A DNA stretch of 26,759 bases from a virus (taxonomy: Duplodnaviria > Heunggongvirae > Uroviricota > Caudoviricetes): IMG/VR virus record IMGVR_UViG_2728369186_000003; one strand, 5' to 3'. The translations under genes and the position numbers were made by a program. Below are positions 1 through 7,954 of the stretch, piece by piece (position 1 is the stretch's first letter; each line of letters begins with the position of its first letter). The notes under the pieces are model-generated. The model ran no database searches, was not told the DNA's origin, and saw only the letters and a program-made list of their open reading frames with translations.

Positions 1-624
1 TTCTGACGTTTTCGCGGCACTGGCACTGGTAGCTGCCGCGCTTTTTGAGGACTCTGCAGCAGCAGCACTTTTCGATGCTTCAGTGGCCTTTGTTGATGCC
101 GTTCCTGCGCTGGAAGATGCTGACTGAGCCGACGACGCGGCCTGTCCGGCTGACGTGCTGGCTGCGCGTGCTGAGCCTGCAGCATCAGTCGCATGGGTTG
201 CCGCCTCACGTGCTGATGTGCCGGCATCGCTGGCTGACTTCTTCGCGGCTGCCGTGTTCTGTGCCACCGCGGACGCGTTACGCGCCACCTCTTCCACCAT
301 CAGTTCAAAACGGCGCAGTGCCTCAGGACGGGCATCATCCTCCGTCATGGCACCGAGAAAATCATTCAGCGTACCGGGTCGGGAATCTTCATACACGGTG
401 ATGGTCCCGGCATGTGACGGCGGGAATCCCTCCACCAACAGAATAACGCTGTACTGCCCGTACTCAACGTCCATGCTGTAACGCCCGGCTTCATCCGGAT
501 TTTCTGAGGCCAGCGTGTTCACCACCACCGTGGTGCTGTTACGTTTTGCTTTCAGCTGGATTGTGCAGTTCTGTACCGGTTTTCCTGTGCCGTCTTTCAG
601 TACACCTGAAATCTTTACTGCCAT
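1..624 (-). CDS. stf: Side tail fibre protein, N-terminal portion (gene runs off the window start)
   Basis: Minus-strand ATG at 622-624 opens a frame translating MAVKISGVLKDGTGKPVQNCTIQLKAKRNSTTVVVN..., followed by Ala/Ser/Thr-rich low-complexity repeats. Recognised from memory as a lambda Stf-type N terminus. Frame is still open at position 1. Track ORFs 45-401 and 155-481 (+) are antisense to it. Confidence 0.75.
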   Translation of the reverse strand, partial: MAVKISGVLKDGTGKPVQNCTIQLKAKRNSTTVVVNTLASENPDEAGRYSMDVEYGQYSVILLVEGFPPSHAGTITVYEDSRPGTLNDFLGAMTEDDARPEALRRFELMVEEVARNASAVAQNTAAAKKSASDAGTSAREAATHATDAAGSARAASTSAGQAASSAQSASSSAGTASTKATEASKSAAAAESSKSAAATSASAAKTSE

Positions 625-635
625 ATTCACCCCAC

Positions 636-662
636 AAAAAAGCCCGCCTGAACCGGCGGGCT
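636..662 (-). terminator. Putative rho-independent terminator downstream of lom
   Basis: Plus strand reads AAAAAA-GCCCGCC-tgaacc-GGCGGGC; on the minus strand this is a 7-bp GC stem followed by a T6 run, 27 nt after the lom stop. Confidence 0.5.
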
Positions 663-688
663 GTCATAACACTGTGTTACCTGGCTAA

Positions 689-1288
689 TCAGAATTTATA
701 ACCGACACCCACGATGAAACCGTCAGTGCGCCAGTCACCACTGCCGGAGCCTTCATAAGCAATATCAATGGCCACGGATTCGGTCGGGTTAAACTGCACG
801 CCAGCCCCCCACGCCAGAGACGTGTTGCTGTGGCGACCGTCATCACTTCCGGTCAGCACATCGTGCTTTTTCCCCTTGTTGTCAGTTACGCGGAGATAAT
901 CCCCGGAGAAAGTCGACACACGGCTGTAAGCCACACCCGCCATCGCATACGCGCTGAACCATTCATTCACGCGCACAGACGGCCCCGCCATTACGCTGAA
1001 CCAGCGGTTACGAACGGAATCTTCATGCCAGCGGGTATCGCTGTAACGGGTCAGCTGGCGATTCTTGTCTCCTGCATAGCTGAATGACGTCACCAGCCCC
1101 AGTGTGTCCGTAAACTCATAACGGTATTTCACGTTAATCCCGTTCAGATCATCACTGCCGGGAACGTTCGTCCGGGCATGAAGATACCCCGCGCTCAGCG
1201 TGGACTGATGTTCAGACGCCCATGCAGGCGCACCGGATACGGCCAGACAAATGGCTGCGGACAAAATTGCTGCACAAACTTTACGCAT
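689..1288 (-). CDS. lom: Lom-family outer membrane protein (Ail/Lom/PagC/OmpX beta-barrel)
   Basis: 199-aa ORF MRKVCAAILSAAICLAVSGAPAWA... with a signal peptide, alternating aromatic beta-strand pattern and C-terminal ...GVGYKF typical of 8-strand OM barrels. Sits immediately after J as in lambda. Confidence 0.85.
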   Translation of the reverse strand: MRKVCAAILSAAICLAVSGAPAWASEHQSTLSAGYLHARTNVPGSDDLNGINVKYRYEFTDTLGLVTSFSYAGDKNRQLTRYSDTRWHEDSVRNRWFSVMAGPSVRVNEWFSAYAMAGVAYSRVSTFSGDYLRVTDNKGKKHDVLTGSDDGRHSNTSLAWGAGVQFNPTESVAIDIAYEGSGSGDWRTDGFIVGVGYKF

Positions 1289-1310
1289 AATTACCTCTCG
1301 CTTTTCTGCA

Positions 1311-1340
1311 ATAAAAAAGGCGTCATTCCTGACGCCCTTT
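1311..1340 (-). terminator. Putative rho-independent terminator between J and lom
   Basis: AAAAAA-GGCGTCA-ttcc-TGACGCC-CTTTATT; hairpin with A-run on one side and T-rich run on the other (could act in both directions), directly after the J stop at 1359. Confidence 0.45.
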
Positions 1341-1358
1341 ATTGGGGTTATAAATATT

Positions 1359-4300
1359 TCAACGAATACTGATGCCGGAAGCGGCTTTTTTGGTCACAAT
1401 CACCGTACAGTCGGTGATATTGCCTGCCCCCTGATTGCCTTTCTGGAAAATCTTAAACTCCAGAGTGACGCTTCCCCTGCCACTCGGCATATCAATAACT
1501 GCACTGTAACTACCGGGAATGGCCCCTTTAGTTTCTCTGGATGCGATTAATACGCCGTTTTTGCGAACTTCAAAACCATAACCCGTGTATCGCGTGCCTC
1601 CTGGGTTATTTCCGCTCCCCGGATCGTCATACGCTATACCGTTAAAAATAATGGGCGGAATAATAATCTGGCGGTCAAAGTTATGATCATCGCTGATGGT
1701 GACTGTAACCGTACCGTTTGGTGTTTCCGTGTTACCCCACGTACCGACTTTTTTCGGGAAGGCTTTTGATACAGCTTTAACGAAATCTCCTCTGACCTGG
1801 GTCGCCTCCAGCATGCCCTTAATCGTACAGTTCTGGTTAATCGTGACATTGTTGAGCGTTCCTGAGTTCGCATTCACACTGCCACTGATATCCGCATTTT
1901 TCGCCGTCAGTCTCCCGTCTGATGTCAGGGAAAATGCCGGAGGATTACCGCCGCTGGTAATGGTGGGGGCCGTCAGGCGTTTCAGGAACACTTCATTCAT
2001 GAATATCTGATCGCCCTGACCAACAAACATCGGCTTTGTGTTGCCATTCGCAGGATTAATCATCGCAATCCTGTCTGCTGCCAGCAGCACCTGACTCTGC
2101 ATGCCGTCAGGGGTGTTCTCAATACCGGCACCGATACCCGCAATATAAAGGCGTCCGTCCTGCATCTGCTGCAGCTTCACTGCCCACATGCTGTTCAGGT
2201 TATTATTTGTATCAACCTGAACCTTCTGTATCTGCTGGATCGCTGCACTCTGGTCTTCCAGTTTCTTATTGACGGTCTGTGTTATTTCATTGCTGACATC
2301 CGTTATGGACGTCCTGATTTCAGTCAGGTCAGGCGCAAGCTGACCGTTATCAATCTGCGTCCACAGCTCCTGAGCCAGATGGGTTTTCCCTATCTCGCCT
2401 TTGAAAAAATCCAGATAGCCTGATGCATCATCACTCGGCTGACCGACAGCCTCCACGAATGCCGATTTGCCAACGGTGTTCACACTGCGAACGTAAAAAT
2501 AATAATCATGGCCCGGTTTGATATTGATACTGGCGGCTATCCAGTACAGCGCCGTACCAAGATAGCGCGCTGTGGTTTCAACCTGCCTGATATCCGCAAT
2601 CCGCTTTTCCGAGAACCAGAACTCAAACTGTACCGTCGGATCATAAACCGCAAGATGCGGCGTGGCGGTTATCTGAAAATACCCCGGTGTCAGCTCAATC
2701 TGCGACGGCGCTGCCGGTGCGGCAATCCGGAACGATACCGATGCCGGATCGCCCTGCTGCCCCCACGCATTTACTGCCCGGACTGTCAGCCTGTAGTTCC
2801 CCAGCGCCAGTTGTGTGAAGCGGTATGTGGTTTCCGCCGTCCGGGCTGTGCTGACCAGCCGCTCACTGCCGTCATCCGCTGCCACGGTCAGGCGAAGCAT
2901 GAAACTCACGCCCTTCACCACCTTCGGCGTATCCCAGCGGGCCAGTACCTGATACTCCCCGCTGTCTGCGGTGACTTCGGCAGTCAGGTGCTGCACTGCT
3001 GGCGGCGTGACACCATTCACCGTGCCGCTCTGGTCGCCGTCAAAGTGCGCCCCGTTATCCACGATGGCTTCTTTTTCCGGTACATGCTGCACGGCAGTGA
3101 TGGCATACGTACCGTCATCGTTCTCACGGATACTCACGCAGCGGAACAGGCGCTGGCGCAGCGTCGGCAGCTTCAGCCCCCACACGCTGTATCCGGCAAC
3201 GCCGTCAGGAACACGGCTCACTTTTACCTTCACGCCGTCGGTGACGGACTGGGCCTCCACGCTGACCGGATTGCCACTTCCGTCAACCAGGCTTATCAGC
3301 GTGGTACCGGAGGATGGCAGCGTGATTTCACGGTCGAGCGTCAGCGTCCGGGTCTGGCTGTTCACCGCCAGCACGCGCCCGCCGGTGCTGATCCCCGCAT
3401 AGTCATCATCACAGATTTCAATGACATCACCTGGTACATGGCGAAGCCCTTCGGCACCCACGCTGAAGTCCACGGTCTGCGTTTCCAGCAGTTCTGTTTT
3501 AATCAGCCACAGCCCGGCGCGGTGTGCCTGCCCCCGACTGGTACAGCCAAAGGCATCCATCTTCGTGACGTTACGACCGTAACGGGCAATGGCCTGCGTG
3601 TCCTCCACAAGCTCTGTCGCCGTCTCCCAGCCGTTATCCGGGTCAATCCAGTTCACCTCAACGGCATTATGGCGGTCCTTCAGGGCGCTGAAGCTGTAGC
3701 GGAACGGCGCACCATCATCCGGCATCACCACATTACTGCGGTTATAGGTCCACACCTTATCCGACGGTCGGTCCTGCACGAACGTCAGCGTCTGCCCGTT
3801 CCATACCGGCATACAGCGCATCGCCGAGCAGAAATCACTGAGAACATCCCACGCCTTACGCTGTGTGGTCAGCCAGGCATTACAGGTGATGCGCGGCTCC
3901 GTGCCGCCAAAACCGTCCGGCACCGACTGGTCGCAACACTGGCCGATGACATACAGCGCCCATTTATCCACATCTGCCGCACCAAGACGTTTACCCATGC
4001 CGTAGCGCGGGTGGGTCAGCATATCCCACAGACACCAGGCCATGTTGTTGCTGTATGCTGGCTTAAACGTTCCGTCCCAGATACCGCTGTATTGCCGCGT
4101 CTGCGGGTTATAGTTCGACGGCACCTGCAGAATGCGCCCGCGCAGATGATAATTACGGCTCACCTGCTGGCTGCCGAACTGCTCCGAATCCACCTGCACG
4201 CCGACCAGTGCCGTGTTCGGGTAGCACTGTTTCACATCGATGATTTCGNNNNNNNNNNACGCCCGCGAAGATGATAATTACGGCTCACCTGCTGGCTGCC

Positions 4301-4981
4301 GAACTGCTCCGAATCCACCTGTACGCCGACCAGTGCCGTGTTCGGGTAGCACTGTTTCACATCGATGATTTCGGTGTATGACGACCAGAGCGTTTTGTTC
4401 TGCAGCTGGTCTGTGGTGCTGTCCGGCGTCATCCTGCGCATCCGTATATTGAACGGGCGCGGCGGCAGGTTACCCACCACCACCGAGGCCAGATACTGTG
4501 AGGTGGTTTTGCCTTTAATGGTGATGTCTTTTTCCGTCACCCAGCCACCGTTACGCTGTATCTGAACCAGCAGGCGGACTTCCGACGGATTCCGGTCCCC
4601 CTTTGAGGTGGTTTCCACCAGTGCCTGCACGCCGAAGGTAAAGCGCAGACGGTCGATGTTTGCAGACGTAATGGTGCGGGTGATCGGCGTGTCATATTTC
4701 ACTTCCGTACCCAGCACCGTCTCGGAGCCGGAGGATTCAAACCCCTCCGGCGGTGTCTGCTCCTGCTCACCGGCACGGAACACCACCGTGACACCGGAGA
4801 TGTTGGTATTCCCCTCAGTGTCCAGCACCGGCGTACTGTTCAGCAGCACGCTTTTTAATCCATCCACCGGACCTTCAACCGGCCCTTCGCTGATGGCATC
4901 GATCACACTCAGCAACTGCGTGGACTTCAGGTTGTCCTTCGCTTCGCGCGGAGTATGCCCCTTACTGCTGCCTTTACCCAT
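1359..4981 (-). CDS. J: Tail tip / host specificity protein J (central tail fibre), interrupted by a 10-N gap at 4250-4259
   Basis: Track ORFs 4232..4981 (249 aa, [18 protein letters not shown]...) and 1359..4235 (958 aa) are the N and C parts of one J-like protein. Both carry the peptide [36 protein letters not shown] because about 110 bp is repeated on each side of the gap with 2-3 mismatches. Size (about 1170 aa after removing the overlap) and position after gene I match lambda J. Frame across the gap is not trustworthy. Confidence 0.8.
4250..4259. other. Run of 10 N (assembly/scaffold gap) inside gene J
   Basis: Literal nnnnnnnnnn; sequence 4140-4249 is almost identical to 4261-4380. Confidence 0.95.
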
Positions 4982-5003
4982 TCCTCACGCTCCATAAACG
5001 ACA

Positions 5004-5023
5004 AAACCGCCCGGAGGCGGTTT
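5004..5023 (-). promoter_or_regulatory. Hairpin in the I-J intergenic region, just upstream of the J ribosome-binding site
   Basis: AAACCGCC-cgga-GGCGGTTT is a perfect 8-bp stem. On the minus strand it is followed by TGTCGTTTATGGAGCGTGAGGA then the J ATG. Could be an attenuator/terminator or a translational control structure. Confidence 0.35.
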
Positions 5024-5041
5024 CACATAAAACGTTTTTCA

Positions 5042-5687
5042 TCAGCGACCAATCACCACAACCTGACCACCGTCCCCTTCGTCTGCCGTGCTGATCTCCT
5101 GAGANNNNNNNNNNCGCGCATTTCCCCGTACAGAACAGGCAGAACATTGCCCTGGGCAACCATGTTATCCAGTGAGGAGAAATAGGTGTTCTGCTTACCG
5201 TTATCCGTTGTCTGTGTACGGGGAGTTCTGGCTTTCGGTGCCAGCATCTGCGCCACACCACCGAGCACCATACTGGCACCGAGAGAAAACAGGATGCCGG
5301 TCATACCACCGGCCCCAATGGCTGCCCCCCATGCTGCAAGGGTGGCTCCGGCGGTAAAGAATGATCCGGCAATGGCGGCAGCCCCCAGGACAATCTGGAA
5401 TACGCCCCCTGACTTGGCCCCGGCGACTCTGGGAACAATATGAATCACAGCGCCATCAGGCAGAGTCTCATGTAACTGCGCCGTTAACCCGGACGTGCTG
5501 ACGTCCCGCCCGGCAATCCGTACCTGATACCAGCCGTCGCTCAGTTTCTGACGAAACGCCGGGAGCTGTGTGGCCAGTGCCCGGATGGCTTCAGCCCCCG
5601 TTTTCACACGAAGGTCGATGCGGCGACCAAATCGTTGTAAATCCCCGTAAAGGCAGATGCGCGCCATGCCCGGTGACGCCAGAGGGN
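5042..5687 (-). CDS. I: Tail assembly protein I, lambda-like allele (N terminus lost in gap at 5688-5697, internal gap at 5105-5114)
   Basis: Between the gaps the minus strand encodes PLASPGMARICLYGDLQRFGRRIDLRVKTGAEAIRALATQLPAFRQ...NVLPVLYGEMR. After the 5105-5114 gap it continues SQEISTADEGDGGQVVVIGR with a TGA at 5042-5044. This matches my recollection of lambda gpI closely. Confidence 0.7.
5105..5114. other. Run of 10 N (assembly/scaffold gap)
   Basis: Literal N run; the roughly 90 bp following it (5115-5205) nearly repeats the sequence following the 5688-5697 gap. Confidence 0.95.
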
Positions 5688-5697
5688 NNNNNNNNNC
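5688..5697. other. Run of 10 N (assembly/scaffold gap)
   Basis: Literal N run separating two diverged copies of the gene I coding sequence. Confidence 0.95.
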
Positions 5698-6264
5698 GCG
5701 CATTTCACCGTACAGAACGGGCAGAACATTGCCCTGGGCAACCATGTTATCCAGTGACGAGAAATACGTGTTCTGTTTGCCGTTATCTGTACTGGCTGCC
5801 GTGGGCGTCCTGGCTTTCGGTGCCAACATCTGCGCCACACCGCCCAGGATCATACTGGCCCCTGCCGCATACATACCCGATACAGCCGTGGCCCCCAGCC
5901 AGCCCACAGGGTTCCACCATGCAACCGCAATCAGCGCCGCCCCCAGCACTGCCTGAAAAATACCGCCACTTTTAGCACCCGCCGGACGCGGTACGATGTG
6001 GATCACGGCACCATTTTCCAGCGGCTCATTAAGACGGGCAGACAATTCAGTTTCACCTGCATCACGCCCGGCAATGCGTACCTGGTACCAGCCGTCGCTC
6101 AGTTTCTGACGAAATGCCGGGATCTGCATGGCCAGCGCCCGGATGGCTTCGGACCCCGTTTTCACTCGAAGGTCGATGCGGCGGCCAAATCGTTGTAAAT
6201 CCCCGTAAAGGCAGATGCGTGCCATGCCCGGTGACGCCAGAGGGAGTGTGTGCGTCGCTGCCAT
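5698..6264 (-). CDS. I: Tail assembly protein I, divergent allele (C terminus truncated by gap at 5688-5697)
   Basis: ATG at 6262-6264; MAATHTLPLASPGMARICLYGDLQRFGRRIDLRVKTGSEAIRALAMQIPAFRQ...YGEMR. Same family as the copy at 5042-5687 but with many substitutions in the central Gly/Ala-rich segment. Contiguous with gene K upstream. Confidence 0.7.
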
Positions 6265-6921
6265 TTGTCGGTGTACCTCTCTCGTTTGCTCAGTTGTTCA
6301 GGAATATGGTGCAGCAGCTCGCTGTCACCACAGTAAATGGCGGCATGATTCGGCACCGATGAACCAAAACAGCACAGCAGCACATCGCCCGGCTGCGCCG
6401 CTGACAACGGCACCTGATACAGCCCTGTGGCCTCCAGATTATCCAGATAGAGATTCTGACCGTGACGCCACCAGTCATCCTCGCGATGAAAATCCGGCAT
6501 CTCAATCCCCGCCAGATGGTAAGCATCCCGGAACAGCGTGTAACAGTCCGTCACCCCGTGCTCAAAGCGCCGCCCGGAAAGATGTGGCACACAGCGGAAC
6601 TTGTGAATCGCCCCCCGGCAAACCAGCCACCACGGCAAATCACTCTGCACCTGCAGCCGCCGGTCGGTCTCACTCAGCCAGGGCAGACCACCGGGGTGGC
6701 TGTGGACCAGCGCCACAATCTCACCCTGNNNNNNNNNNCTCTGCCCGCAGCCAGTCCTCCGGCGACATCCGGAAATACTCCTCCGGCTCACCGGAGATAT
6801 TCACGCAGGGAAAATATCTTTCCCCCTCCGGTGTTCTCACCACGAAGCCGCACGACTCCGCTGGCGCACATCGCCGGGCGTGCGCCAGAATCGCTGATTC
6901 TGTCTCTGTCATGGGATTCAC
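6162..6921 (-). CDS. K: Tail tip assembly protein K (JAB/MPN plus NlpC/P60-like), spanning the gap at 6729-6738
   Basis: Track ORFs 6721..6921 (MNPMTETESAILAHARRCAPAESCGFVV...) and 6162..6791 (...QGEIVALVHSHPGGLPWLSETDRRL...GVTDCYTLFRDAYH...). The HSHPGG...S..D JAMM-like motif and Cys/His NlpC-like motif are as in lambda K. ATG overlaps the L stop (ATGA). Confidence 0.8.
6729..6738. other. Run of 10 N (assembly/scaffold gap) inside gene K
   Basis: Literal N run; flanking codons (...WLRAE / QGEIVAL...) suggest only a few nucleotides are actually missing. Confidence 0.95.
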
Positions 6922-7616
6922 TGCGAAAGTTTGTTAATGGAAAGGAAGCCGCCAAAGTTGCCGACGTTATTGCGAAACTTACAGCCGCTCAGGCATTTGC
7001 TGCATTTATCCTTCGTGATATCGGACGTCGGCTGATCATATTCATCCGCGACCGCCGGACCGTGATAACCGCACTCATCACCGCGATAGGTCCAGGTGCA
7101 GGTGTTGGCCAGCATGATACGTCCCGGAAAAACGGCACCGTCCGTTTCCGTCGGCGTGGACAGTACAAAAGAGGCACTGACCGCGCTCAGTTCGCTGCAC
7201 TGCTCGATGCGCCAGCGGCTGATCACCTCCTGCTCCGGATCGGCTTCGCTGTTTCCGTTGACGAAGTTCACCGCATCCAGAAAGCGGGCGTAAACCTTAC
7301 GCCGGACCACCGTTCCGCCGACCAGACTCTGCAGATCTTCCGCCATCCCGGTGATCATGCCGTGCAGGTTAGAGACCGTCAGTGTCGGACGGGCAGCACT
7401 GCCCTTGCCGTTCATCTCAAATCCACTCCCCTGAATGGGATAGGCCTGATACTGCCGACTCTGCCAGGTGACAGACTCACCTTTTTCGTTCTGCTCATTA
7501 CAGAAAAAGTAGCGATCCCCGCCTACCTCGGTCAGGTCGATTTCCCAGAGCACCACGCTGGCCGACTGCTCCGCACGAATGCATTCATTCAGCGTTTCCT
7601 GTTGTATGTCCTGCAT
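6918..7616 (-). CDS. L: Minor tail protein L
   Basis: 232-aa [45 protein letters not shown]... with C-terminal Cys cluster (CTWTYRGDECGYHG...CSKCLSGCKF) like the Fe-S-binding region of lambda gpL. Position between M and K. Confidence 0.85.
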   Translation of the reverse strand: MQDIQQETLNECIRAEQSASVVLWEIDLTEVGGDRYFFCNEQNEKGESVTWQSRQYQAYPIQGSGFEMNGKGSAARPTLTVSNLHGMITGMAEDLQSLVGGTVVRRKVYARFLDAVNFVNGNSEADPEQEVISRWRIEQCSELSAVSASFVLSTPTETDGAVFPGRIMLANTCTWTYRGDECGYHGPAVADEYDQPTSDITKDKCSKCLSGCKFRNNVGNFGGFLSINKLSQ

Positions 7617-7954
7617 CAGATCACCACTTCGTCAAACTGACACGAAAAATCGGTATAGGTGATATGTTCTGTCGCTGACCACGTTCGACACACCACTCTG
7701 ATTTTTCTGTTAATACCCGGCGGGCGCCAAAAAAAAGATTTATAGCCTTCATGCCGGGCTAAAAATTTTTCAAATGAATCACGTTCATTCGCCTCAACTT
7801 TGAAATCACAGGTGAAAACGCGCAGAGAATGATTAAGTCCATTTGGACTTCGTTGCTCATAACCATCGCCAAATCTTACAGTTTTTATCGATGGTTTATT
7901 TTCTGTTTTCATTCCATCCTCTGGTAACCAGTGAAATTCTTCCGTATTAGCCAC
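7616..7954 (-). CDS. M: Minor tail protein M
   Basis: 112-aa ORF containing [16 protein letters not shown]...FFWRPPG...[10 protein letters not shown], recognised as lambda gpM-like. Overlaps the tape measure stop by 8 nt and the L start by 1 nt. Confidence 0.75.

Noticed and set aside
45-481. Plus-strand ORFs 45..401 and 155..481
   Set aside because: Antisense to the stf N-terminal coding region; the minus-strand frame gives the recognisable MAVKISGVLKDG... protein.
2508-4274. 588-aa plus-strand ORF
   Set aside because: Lies antisense to the GC-rich J gene. Its translation is Arg/Pro/Cys-rich low-complexity sequence with no start context, and the minus-strand frame carries a coherent J-like protein. 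Long antisense ORFs are expected in GC-rich coding DNA.
5042-6264. A genuine tandem duplication of gene I (the 403-aa fused ORF in the track)
   Set aside because: The fused ORF exists only because N runs are translated as X. The two copies are separated by scaffold gaps, the inner block is bounded by identical sequence, and one copy begins mid-gene. More likely two alleles from different prophages placed in tandem by scaffolding.
6215-7640. Plus-strand ORFs of 240 aa (6215..6937) and 392 aa (6462..7640)
   Set aside because: Antisense to K and L, Arg/Pro/Ala-rich, and one spans an N gap. The minus-strand frames give recognisable tail proteins.
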